Shown: positions 11,824 to 20,380 of the stretch, one piece after another
Numbering within the stretch: the first letter of the stretch is position 1
Layout of the letters: each line of letters opens with the position of its first letter
Assembly: GCA_945861145.1 (NCBI GenBank)
Contig: CAMATL010000004.1
Location: 8,264-72,263, forward strand
Length of the DNA stretch: 64,000 nucleotides
Source: a candidate division TM6 bacterium GW2011_GWF2_37_49
GTDB lineage: Bacteria; Babelota; Babeliae; Babelales; RVW-14
Reading direction: 5' to 3'
Made by a program: the position numbers and the translations under genes
Notes under the pieces: model-generated
What the model was told of the DNA's origin: nothing
Seen by the model: the letters and a program-made list of their open reading frames with translations, nothing else
Databases searched by the model: none

Positions 11824-12227
11824 ATGTATCAATTCCTACAAATAAAGACCTACTAAACTTCCCTGTTCTTGACTTTGGGCCCAAATCATTTCTAGTTTTT
11901 GGCGGGATATCGGCGTATCCGTCACAAACAACTTAAACTTGGTAAGAGTACACGTACAAAGCCCTGCAGACCTATTTACACACACTTTGCAGGAAGATTT
12001 GTGCTTGTAGCGCACGCCAAAGACAGGTTAATTTTATAGATTCTTTTAATTTTTTCAAGCAAAAAAACCCATTACTGCCGCATGCTAAGAATAAAACCCA
12101 AGCAAGTTTCGTATTACTTGAAATAAGTAAAAATTGTGGAAGCGGTTAAAATGTGAAATACTTTACCCTGGCTTGAAACTTTTTATAAAAATTAAAATTT
12201 TTTTCCTTACAGACAAGAAAGGTCACC

Positions 12228-13388
12228 ATGGTTGCCATAGTCAATTTTATTGCAGAAAAACTTATTCCTTTGTTGCTGTCAGTTCTCGGATTCAGCTCTC
12301 TAGTAGTTGTTCACGAGCTTGGTCATTTGTTTTTTTGTAAATTATTCAATATCTATGTCCCCTCATTTTCTGTCGGATTTGGTCCAAAAATATTTGAAAA
12401 GAAAATCGGTGAAACCACCTATCGTTTGGCACAAATTCCTTTCGGAGGCTACGTAGAAATTGCAGGCCAAGAAGAAATAGCTCAAGGCGAACAAAAATTT
12501 GCTCATGATATTTCTGACCGTTCCTACGCAACCAAGCCGTTTTGGCAAAAAATTCTTGTTTGGCTCGGCGGAATCATGTTCAACCTTATTTTTGCCTACG
12601 TAACATTTGTAAGTCTTTTTGTATTCAGCTCGCAAGACAATAATCGCATCATTATCAGCGGTGTAACTAAAGAGTCCCCAGCAGAAAAAAGCGGGCTACA
12701 AGGCGGTGACGAGATTTTGGCAATTAATGACACCGATATTGCCACCCCCGCGCAACAACAACCCCGCCAAGCACAAAAAACACTACTTGAAATTATTCAA
12801 GAAAATCCCCATAAAAATGTGACTCTCAGTGTAAAACGCAATGACAACACCCAACACACCGTAACCATCCTTCTTGGCTCACGTATTGGCAACGATGGCA
12901 AAGAAATTGGCTCTCTAGGCGCATTCTTCCCTCCTGTAATCCACAAATTGCCATTTATGCAAGCTGTAACTGCAGGCATTGAAACAACCAATGGTTGGAT
13001 TATTACGATTGCAATGGGCCTCAAAAACTTCTTTTCTCAAAAAACTCTTGATGGTGCCGGTGGACCAGTCATGATTCTTGCACAAGGATTCAAAACTGCA
13101 CAGCACGGCGTAACCGCATTATTCATATTTCTAGCAATTATGAGCGTTAATTTAGCACTTTTTAACCTGCTACCCCTTGGCATCACTGATGGCGGGCAAC
13201 TTTTATTTGCCACCATAGAATTCATCACCCGCCGCCCATTACCAAATAAAATTCGCATGGCCATGAATGTAGTGTCTCTGGTCCTTTTCGCAGCTCTTGC
13301 GGCTTATTTAACCTATAAAGACGTGGCATCGCTATTTGGTTCACACCTTGCAACGCTTTTTCAAAAATGCATGACTTGCTTCCGCTAA
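12228..13388 (+). CDS. rseP: RseP-type site-2 zinc metalloprotease with PDZ domain
   Basis: 386 aa, multi-TM, HELGH near the N-terminus, NLLPLGITDGG near the C-terminus. Confidence 0.88.
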   Translation: MVAIVNFIAEKLIPLLLSVLGFSSLVVVHELGHLFFCKLFNIYVPSFSVGFGPKIFEKKIGETTYRLAQIPFGGYVEIAGQEEIAQGEQKFAHDISDRSYATKPFWQKILVWLGGIMFNLIFAYVTFVSLFVFSSQDNNRIIISGVTKESPAEKSGLQGGDEILAINDTDIATPAQQQPRQAQKTLLEIIQENPHKNVTLSVKRNDNTQHTVTILLGSRIGNDGKEIGSLGAFFPPVIHKLPFMQAVTAGIETTNGWIITIAMGLKNFFSQKTLDGAGGPVMILAQGFKTAQHGVTALFIFLAIMSVNLALFNLLPLGITDGGQLLFATIEFITRRPLPNKIRMAMNVVSLVLFAALAAYLTYKDVASLFGSHLATLFQKCMTCFR

Positions 13389-13412
13389 TTTTATTAGCAT
13401 TTTTATAGATTT

Positions 13413-13447
13413 AAAGAGCCCACCTAATTTTTATAGGTGGGCTCTTT
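13413..13447 (+). terminator. stem-loop after rseP, between convergent rseP and lpxC
   Basis: aaagagcccacct (13413-13425) pairs with aggtgggctcttt (13434-13446), followed by a short T-rich run. Confidence 0.6.
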
Positions 13448-13489
13448 ATTACCAATTTTCAGTCTCTTTTTACTTAAAAGAGCAATTTT

Positions 13490-14350
13490 TTAGACAACTA
13501 TCCAAGATTCTGGATGAGTTAAATAATGCTCAACAATCCGCCGATTGAATGCATGACCTGTCTGCGCGGCTTCTACATACCCTGTAAAGGGGTGAGGCAG
13601 CAATCCCAAATCTCCAATAAAATCCAAAACTTTATGGCTAAGCCACTCATCAACAATGCGATGATCATTAATTGCTTCATCAGCATTAAAAACCAACGTA
13701 TTTCCCAATGAACTAGCCATAGCCAATTGATGGCTACGCAAAAAAGGCAACTGCTCTAAAAAGCCGAAGGTCCGGGCCGGCGCAATTTTTTGTTTAAATA
13801 ACTGCTGATCAATAAGACCGGTCATCTTCTTGCTACCCAAGGCATAATGATTAAAAACAGCCTCATAATCACAAAATAACGATCCTGACAACGTATCATC
13901 CTCAAGTGGCTTAAGGTAGATTTTTTTCCCCCCGCGCTCATCAAATGAAATCGCTTGCCGAGGCATTAAAAATTTTTTACGCATTCCTTGGTTCACAAGC
14001 CCTGCACGACAAATGGCGTGAAAAAAAGGTGCCGCGCTGCCATCGAGAATCGGTATTTCATACCCACCCTCAACCATCACGACCGCATTATCAACACCAG
14101 CCATGCGAAGAGCCGCGACTAGATGCTCTACGGTACTAAGAGTCCAGGATTTTTGCCGCAATACGGTAGCATGCATAGCATCCAACGGCACAACAGCACC
14201 AACCACGATGGGCTCTGTCAGGAAATTTTTATGCATAAATATGATACCGGCATCGACCGCTGCAGGCAAAATAGAAACTTGAGCAAACACTGCACTATGT
14301 ACACCAAGCCCAGAGAACGAGATAATTTCTTGTACGGTATTTTGCATCAT
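13490..14350 (-). CDS. lpxC: UDP-3-O-acyl-N-acetylglucosamine deacetylase
   Basis: 286 aa; overall LpxC-like sequence, including the C-terminal ...AQTGHAFNRRIVEH.... Confidence 0.88.
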   Translation of the reverse strand: MMQNTVQEIISFSGLGVHSAVFAQVSILPAAVDAGIIFMHKNFLTEPIVVGAVVPLDAMHATVLRQKSWTLSTVEHLVAALRMAGVDNAVVMVEGGYEIPILDGSAAPFFHAICRAGLVNQGMRKKFLMPRQAISFDERGGKKIYLKPLEDDTLSGSLFCDYEAVFNHYALGSKKMTGLIDQQLFKQKIAPARTFGFLEQLPFLRSHQLAMASSLGNTLVFNADEAINDHRIVDEWLSHKVLDFIGDLGLLPHPFTGYVEAAQTGHAFNRRIVEHYLTHPESWIVV

Positions 14351-14366
14351 TACAACTACCCATAAA

Positions 14367-14396
14367 AAAAGAGGGTCACAAATGTGACCCTCTTTT
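14367..14396 (-). terminator. rho-independent terminator after rplM
   Basis: On the minus strand, aaaagagggtcaca/tgtgaccctctttt forms a hairpin followed by a T7 run. Confidence 0.8.
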
Positions 14397-14413
14397 AAAT
14401 TTACCTAGCAAGC

Positions 14414-14842
14414 TTACGCAGTAACTTGCGCCTGATGTGGATGCTCATTTCCAGCATAAACACGAAGCTTTTTCAGCAACTGACGGCTCAATTTATTTTT
14501 TGGCAACATACCGCGTACGGCCAACATAATCAATGAGCTAGGATCTTTAGCAAGCATGTCTTTTGCAGAGGTTTCTTTCAGACCGGATCTCCAGCCTGAA
14601 TAAGTTGCATACATCTTGCTGTTCCACTTATCGCCAGTAAGCTTAATTTTTTCGCAGTTAACAACCACAACATACACACCTGAATCTGCGTGAGGTGTGA
14701 ACATAGGGTTATCTTTCCCACGTAACATTTCTGTAATCTGAGTCGCTAGACGACCAAGCACTTTATCTGAAGCATCGACTACATGCCATGCCTGGTCATG
14801 CTTCGAATACGCTTCGGTGCGTAAAACAAACGATTTGTTCAT
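14414..14842 (-). CDS. rplM: 50S ribosomal protein L13
   Basis: MNKSFVLRTEAYSKHDQAWHVVDASDKVLGRLATQI...; start set at the internal ATG at 14842. Confidence 0.94.
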   Translation of the reverse strand: MNKSFVLRTEAYSKHDQAWHVVDASDKVLGRLATQITEMLRGKDNPMFTPHADSGVYVVVVNCEKIKLTGDKWNSKMYATYSGWRSGLKETSAKDMLAKDPSSLIMLAVRGMLPKNKLSRQLLKKLRVYAGNEHPHQAQVTA

Positions 14843-14973
14843 ATCCATGAAAAGATCCTTGCATAATTGAAAATTGCAAAACAAAAAATTGATGCCTCGA
14901 AAGTCTAAAATAAAACACCCTTTTGGTCAAACAATAAATGCATGCTTTATACCGCTTGCATGCATTATCTAGC

Positions 14974-16626
14974 CTACAGCCCCTCCTTGACAACCTGAAT
15001 AAAACGATTAAACAGGGCATGAGGATGTAGATATGTCGACTTAAATTCCGGGTGAAACTGCGTTCCAAGCATAAATCGGTGGTTTTTAATTTCTGCTATC
15101 TCAACCAAATTCTTTTCAGTATACATTCCCGAAAAGACCACACCGACCTGCTCTAACCGCTCACGATACACATTATTAAATTCGTATCGATGACGATGTC
15201 GTTCAAGTACCGTCTCTTTGCCATACGCCGCGTATGCTTGCGTACCAGGGATAATATCGCATGGATATTCACCTAAACGCATAGTCCCGCCCTTATCAAC
15301 CACACCTTCTTGCTCATCAAGCAAGGAGATAACAGGCTCAACAGTTTTTTTATTAAATTCCGTACTGGTAGCCTCGACCAGCCCCAGCAAAGACCTTGCC
15401 GCCTCAACAAGCATAAGCTGAAAGCCCAAGCACAACCCAAGGCATGGTACGTTATTTTCACGAGCATAACGCAATGCCAGTATTTTGCCTTCAGCGCCCC
15501 GCTTGTCAAACCCTCCAGGAACAACAATGCCAGCAGCGCTCTTAAGTAATTGCCACGCCTCTTGATTGTTTTCTTCAAGCTGCTCGGCATTCACCACTAC
15601 TACCTCAGGAAAAAGCTGTTCATGATAAACAGCCGTCTTAATAGCCTCGATTACACTGATGTATGGGTCGTTATTACCAGCATATTTGGTTACTAATGCA
15701 ATGGTAACTTTTCGTTTTGCCTTAGCAAATTTTATAAGAATGTCATCCCACTGCTGTAAATCAGTTTTTCTTGTTAAGGCTTTGCCTTCAAAAAAATCAT
15801 TCACCGCTGAGACAAGGCCTTGCTGTTCAAGCATAAAAAACAATTTGAATAATGGGCGCACAGTCACCACTTCAAAAACACGAGCCGCCGGCACACCACA
15901 CATGAGCGCAACTTTTGCTTGAGCTCTCGCATCAATTGTTTGATCCGTACGTAAAAAGAGCGCATCAGGCACAAGCCCCGTTGTTTTAAGATGCTGAACA
16001 CTATGCTGTGTTGGCTTGGTTTTAATTTCGCCCGTCCAAGAAAGGAATGGTACATAGCTTAGATGTGCATGTAAAAGGTTATGAGGACCCATATCATACT
16101 TAAGCTGACGTAGCGCTTCAAGAAAAACCATTCCTTCAATGTCACCAACCGTCCCGCCAATCTCAATTAAAACAGTATCGACATCATGATTAAGTGCAAA
16201 ATTTAAAAAATGCTCTTTAATAACGTCAACAACGTGCGGTACCAATTGAATACATCGGCCCAAATATTCGCCCCGACGCTCGCGCCCAAGCACATGCGCA
16301 AAAATTTGCCCTGCAGATACAGATGAGTCACGGGAAAGCTGGATCCCCAACGTACGCTCATAATGGCCCAAATCAAGATCGGTCTCTGCTCCATCAGCAG
16401 TTACAAAAACCTCTCCATGCTCCATTGGCGACATAGTACCAGGATCAACGTTCAAGTAAGGGTCACACTTGATCACACTTACTCGATGGCCGGCTCCTTG
16501 AAGCAAAACACCGAGAGATGATACCAAAACCCCCTTACCAAGCGACGAACACACGCCCCCAGTAACCACCACAAATTTAATTTTCTTTTCTCGAACCTCT
16601 ACTACGAGATCTTCAACTTTGCGCAT
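14974..16626 (-). CDS. pyrG: CTP synthase
   Basis: VTGGVCSSLGKG and glutamine amidotransferase GLCLGFQ motifs. Start set at MRKVEDL (16626) because the upstream 20 codons of the track ORF are the terminator hairpin of the preceding gene. Confidence 0.96.
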   Translation of the reverse strand: MRKVEDLVVEVREKKIKFVVVTGGVCSSLGKGVLVSSLGVLLQGAGHRVSVIKCDPYLNVDPGTMSPMEHGEVFVTADGAETDLDLGHYERTLGIQLSRDSSVSAGQIFAHVLGRERRGEYLGRCIQLVPHVVDVIKEHFLNFALNHDVDTVLIEIGGTVGDIEGMVFLEALRQLKYDMGPHNLLHAHLSYVPFLSWTGEIKTKPTQHSVQHLKTTGLVPDALFLRTDQTIDARAQAKVALMCGVPAARVFEVVTVRPLFKLFFMLEQQGLVSAVNDFFEGKALTRKTDLQQWDDILIKFAKAKRKVTIALVTKYAGNNDPYISVIEAIKTAVYHEQLFPEVVVVNAEQLEENNQEAWQLLKSAAGIVVPGGFDKRGAEGKILALRYARENNVPCLGLCLGFQLMLVEAARSLLGLVEATSTEFNKKTVEPVISLLDEQEGVVDKGGTMRLGEYPCDIIPGTQAYAAYGKETVLERHRHRYEFNNVYRERLEQVGVVFSGMYTEKNLVEIAEIKNHRFMLGTQFHPEFKSTYLHPHALFNRFIQVVKEGL

Positions 16627-16649
16627 ACACCTCACCCATTGTATATAAT

Positions 16650-16683
16650 AAAAAAAGAGGGCATGGTTTAATACCACACCCTC
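16650..16683 (-). terminator. rho-independent terminator upstream of pyrG
   Basis: Minus strand gagggtgtggt-attaa-accatgccctc followed by T7. Confidence 0.65.
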
Positions 16684-16861
16684 CATCGAAATATTTTGTC
16701 TTTTTTAGCAGTATTACCGAATTATTACTTCGATTCTACTTATTTCAGTCGATCCCCAGATCTGAGCTTCATTGCTTCCGGGCGCGCGCTCACCTTGCAA
16801 GTTTCGGTCAGTTTACGCGAATCCTCAGCATTATCAACTGCAGCAGACAAATCTTTAATAT

Positions 16862-17323
16862 TTAGTCTTGCTTGACGATCTCGGCCTCGACAGGATTCGA
16901 TGACTTTTTTTTTGAGCCAATAGAACCTGCTAACGCAGCTCCTTTTTCCCAACCAGCAACAGCTAAATTCTTTGCACGAGGAGCGCCATAATAAACAGCT
17001 GCTACCACTGCAAGTGTTAATGCTATTTGGCCTATGGTAATAGAACCAATAGCACTACCAGCAAATGCATTACCGTTATTTGTTATAAAAGCTTGAATTG
17101 CAGACCAATCCTTAGCTGAAATATTTTTATCAGCTCCAACAGCTGCCAAAATTTCATCTCTTGAAATGCCTTGTGCTTCAAGTTCTTGAATGACCGCTGA
17201 AATTGATTGCGCCACAACAAATTCTTGGCTATTTGTCATTGGTCCTACAACCTCACTAGCGGAAAGCGCCATCCCGAAGGATAAAACAGCCGCAGAAACA
17301 AACATCATTAATTTTTTCGCCAT
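16862..17323 (-). CDS. hypothetical exported protein with C-terminal hydrophobic segment
   Basis: Start at MAKKLMMFVSAAVLSFGMALSA (signal peptide). Hydrophobic IGQIALTLAVVAAVYYG lies near the C-terminus. No family recognised. Confidence 0.6.
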   Translation of the reverse strand: MAKKLMMFVSAAVLSFGMALSASEVVGPMTNSQEFVVAQSISAVIQELEAQGISRDEILAAVGADKNISAKDWSAIQAFITNNGNAFAGSAIGSITIGQIALTLAVVAAVYYGAPRAKNLAVAGWEKGAALAGSIGSKKKSSNPVEAEIVKQD

Positions 17324-17445
17324 GAAAACTCTCCCTTTAAAAATAGAGTAATCCATTACACTCATGCCGTTTCTCTCAGTGAGAAACAAGATTTAGGTAA
17401 TCGTAGACCAGAATTATTCAAAAAGCAATGGCTTTCTAGGCCCTT

Positions 17446-18720
17446 TTACTTGTTTATCAAATTTTCTAGTTCTTGAGCTTTTTTAGGCAATACAGCGCTC
17501 AAACAAGTAACTCCTGATGCCGTCACTAAATAATCATCTTCTATACGAACCCCTATCGATTCATCGCGCAAATAAAGTCCTGGCTCTATGGTAAACACGT
17601 CGCCAGGTTGCAAAGGCTCGAGATACGTACCAACATCATGCACATCCAAACCCATGTAATGACCAAGACCATGAGGAAAAAATTTCTCTAAACCCTGGGT
17701 TTTAAAAAATTCAGTCACAAGCCAATGTAGCGACTGCTCCTTTACGACAGCGTTACGTAAAAACATTCCTGGCTTGGCGATATTAGCAGCGTACTGCTGT
17801 GCAGCCAGCACCCAATCATAAATTTCACGCTGTCTCGGCGAATATTTACCACTCACAGGATAGGTCCGCGTTAAATCGGCTGCATAGTAGCCATACTCGG
17901 CACCAATATCAACAACCACCAAATCATCTTTCTCTAAAACACGGTTATTTTCAACATAATGCAGCACGGTGGTTTTAACGCCACCACCAACAATTGATGG
18001 AAACGCTGGCAACAAAGCACCCTGACGCACAAATTCTGCTTCAATCTCAGCTTGCAGCTCACATTCTTTTAAACCAGGGCGCAGCACGTTGGCCGCCACA
18101 TGATGTGCCGCAATGGTGATATCAATTGCCTGACGGATAAGCACAATCTCCTGCTCGCTTTTAACCCGCCGCAGCGCATCAACGATAGCAGTCCCGTTAT
18201 AAAATACCCCACCATCCAGACAAGCTTGCTGTAAAAATTGCATGAGGTTACAAATCACTACCTCACCAGCAGTTTCACCCCAAACCCCACCAACAACGCC
18301 TTTTTTATCAAAAATTTTTTTAATATCATTAATCAGTTGCTGATAGCCTCCAGCGGTAAATACCGTTCCGCTTGAATACCCACGCTGCACTTCGCCCATA
18401 GGCTTGATGACTGCTAAACCAAACGAAGAAGGGTCACTGCTCAATGATACCTGCTCATCAACCCACACACTCCGCGCACCACCAAAATCAGGCAGATACA
18501 AAGTTGCATGCCCATCAAGCGAAATTAGCCCAACAGCGCCTGGCTCTGTGATACCAAAGAGATAATAAAAATAACTATTTTGCCTAAACCGCCGCCGCTC
18601 TTCTTCAAACGCAGCACAGACTACAATCGCACCAAGCTCCTGCTGCTGATTGGCTTTACCCACTGCAACGGCTAGTTTTTGTCGCCGCTGTGAAAAAACA
18701 TCTATATCAAACGTAGTCAT
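17446..18720 (-). CDS. pepP: Xaa-Pro aminopeptidase (M24B family)
   Basis: 424 aa, HGLGHYMGLDVHD and the C-terminal EPGLY...IRIED pattern of M24 peptidases. Confidence 0.88.
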   Translation of the reverse strand: MTTFDIDVFSQRRQKLAVAVGKANQQQELGAIVVCAAFEEERRRFRQNSYFYYLFGITEPGAVGLISLDGHATLYLPDFGGARSVWVDEQVSLSSDPSSFGLAVIKPMGEVQRGYSSGTVFTAGGYQQLINDIKKIFDKKGVVGGVWGETAGEVVICNLMQFLQQACLDGGVFYNGTAIVDALRRVKSEQEIVLIRQAIDITIAAHHVAANVLRPGLKECELQAEIEAEFVRQGALLPAFPSIVGGGVKTTVLHYVENNRVLEKDDLVVVDIGAEYGYYAADLTRTYPVSGKYSPRQREIYDWVLAAQQYAANIAKPGMFLRNAVVKEQSLHWLVTEFFKTQGLEKFFPHGLGHYMGLDVHDVGTYLEPLQPGDVFTIEPGLYLRDESIGVRIEDDYLVTASGVTCLSAVLPKKAQELENLINK

Positions 18721-18794
18721 TCTCTCTCCACTTCTATCTACCTAATCATATTGCTCAATCCACTTGAAAATACCGACTTTTTTATATCAAGAAT

Positions 18795-18889
18795 GGATCC
18801 CGGCTCGCAGGCCGGGATGACAATGTAGAAGGTCATTTCTCTCCTGTCATCCCGGCCTGCCAGCCGGGATCCACCAAAATCCTGTTTCC
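18795..18889. repeat. palindromic element, full copy (28 bp terminal inverted repeats)
   Basis: ggatcccggctcgcaggccgggatgaca (18795-18822) versus the reverse complement of 18845-18872 matches at 27/28. The right flank accaaaatcctgtttcc is also conserved at 38538-38555 (inverted). Confidence 0.85.
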
Positions 18890-18974
18890 CAATCGTAAAA
18901 AGTATATTGCTCAACAGTGTAAAAGATCTCTGAATCGACGCCTAGACTTTAAAAATCTTTAGCAACATAAGCAC

Positions 18975-19005
18975 AAAAAGGCCCCCGAGGTTTCCCTCAG
19001 GGGCC
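18975..19005 (-). terminator. rho-independent terminator after the 19038-20066 gene
   Basis: 11 bp GC-rich stem ggcccctgagg/cctcgggggcc (one mismatch) followed by T5 on the minus strand. Confidence 0.75.
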
Positions 19006-19037
19006 GAGCTTTTCAGCTTTTTATCGCGTAGAAGCGA

Positions 19038-20066
19038 TTAGGAATTAAGCGCTTTGAACGCTCTTGCAAGTCTGTGACGGTTTTCAGCTAAGTAAGTCGC
19101 AACCTTGGTTGAATCATTACCGAAGTATGAGTTCAACGAAGCCAAGAGTGTTTGAAGATCTGCATCACTGAATAAGTCAAACACGTCAACTGTTTGTAGT
19201 GAGTCAGTCACGGCAGTATTTACACTAAAGCCAGCAAGGTTATCGCTGTTAATTGTGTAAGAAACTACGCCAGGATTCCAAATAGGATGTGTGGTGTTGA
19301 CGGTGTTATTATTCCAATTTGATTCATAGAAACCTTTATTATTTGTACCACCAGTTGTCAAGTAACCTACTGTGGTGGTGTAATTAGCCCATGGAACAAA
19401 TCCAATTGAAACGTTATTGGTAATTGCTTCCTTGCGCACAGTTAGTGTCAAACGGAAATCATTATTTTCTGTAACGGCTGGACCATTAAACACTCTACAA
19501 GTTGTGGATTGTTTAAAATCCTTTTTACTAACACCATTGACGCCCATGATTTGACCAGGTGTCATTTGTGGGTGGCTATAGATATCTTGTGATCGCAGAG
19601 CAACAGTCGCCATACCATTATTGACAATACCAAGCCTGTAGCTTGTTGCTGTTGTTACGAAGTCAACATCAAGCCATGCGCCACGAGCTGCTGCTGTTTT
19701 GTCTTTAAAACGAAGCTCAAGCTGTTGGTTAACAGGATTAAGTGCTTGTTGGCCCATGATGAATTTCTGGCCAGGTAGTCCGATTTTACCAATAGTTATA
19801 TCACCATTGATACGAGCAGCACCATACACGGTCAAATTACGACCTGTAGCAGCTGAACCAATTACTACATCATCAGTAATCGCTTGTGCTCTTGTAGCAT
19901 CATCATCAACTTCTTCCTCAATAGCTTGTTGTACCAATGCTTCGATGACTGCAGCAGATACTTTAGAATCTTTACGTGCAGTTGCAGCATTCGCTACTGA
20001 GAAAACCAGTGCCGCTGCCAAACTCAATGAACCAAGACGCGCTAATAAAGAATTGAGATTCTTCAT
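19038..20066 (-). CDS. hypothetical secreted protein (candidate abundant surface protein)
   Basis: 342 aa, signal peptide MKNLNSLLARLGSLSLAAALVFSVANA. N/T/G-rich body, strong terminator and a 314 bp AT-rich upstream region. No family recognised. Confidence 0.7.
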   Translation of the reverse strand: MKNLNSLLARLGSLSLAAALVFSVANAATARKDSKVSAAVIEALVQQAIEEEVDDDATRAQAITDDVVIGSAATGRNLTVYGAARINGDITIGKIGLPGQKFIMGQQALNPVNQQLELRFKDKTAAARGAWLDVDFVTTATSYRLGIVNNGMATVALRSQDIYSHPQMTPGQIMGVNGVSKKDFKQSTTCRVFNGPAVTENNDFRLTLTVRKEAITNNVSIGFVPWANYTTTVGYLTTGGTNNKGFYESNWNNNTVNTTHPIWNPGVVSYTINSDNLAGFSVNTAVTDSLQTVDVFDLFSDADLQTLLASLNSYFGNDSTKVATYLAENRHRLARAFKALNS

Positions 20067-20380
20067 CCGTCATTCCTTTCTCTCTTTTTTATTACTAATA
20101 CCTCTCTCACTTTTGTGTAAGCATCCTTACAACATTTTTCCTAATCTGCCCCTTTCTTTAATAATTTTCCATCATGTTAATTTTAAAGGAGTATTTTTTC
20201 GCTACAACAATATCTAACAAAACCGAAAAGTATAAGTCAATGTTAATCAACATTTTTTTGTTTTGTCAAGATGTTAATCTTTCGTTGTAGCGCCACGAAA
20301 CGCTTGATCCGTGAAGAAGACTCTTAAAACTCCACTACTCATTGTAGAAAAATTTTTTTCCACAATACAAGCATCTTTAG

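Noticed and set aside
67-11845. Numerous plus-strand ORFs (for example 191-610, 2873-3406, 7986-8240, 9690-10118, 11606-11845) lying opposite the ribosomal protein, tuf and fusA genes.
   Set aside because: All lie antisense to strongly recognisable conserved genes, have low-complexity or odd composition and show no family resemblance. They are shadow ORFs.
11833-12227. The 395 bp divergent intergenic region between rpsL and rseP, examined for promoters or a small RNA.
   Set aside because: Several TTGA-type hexamers are present, but none has a convincing -10 element at proper spacing. No clear conserved RNA structure was recognisable by eye.
14843-14884. N-terminal extensions of several track ORFs: rplM to 14884, pyrG to 16686, KH protein to 47100, rpsP to 47425, GIY-YIG to 49227, 16862-gene to 17389, ankyrin-like to 38429, 62404 start.
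   Set aside because: The extra codons translate terminator hairpins or upstream spacers. Conserved protein N-termini, signal peptides and RBS-like GGAG motifs sit at the internal ATGs used in the feature list.
19699-20217. The 172 aa plus-strand ORF opposite the secreted-protein gene, and the similar antisense ORFs within yidC (24143-24637) and lptD (20404-22598).
   Set aside because: They are antisense to longer ORFs with signal peptides or family resemblance. Their Ser/Ala/Cys-rich low-complexity translations are typical of shadow frames.
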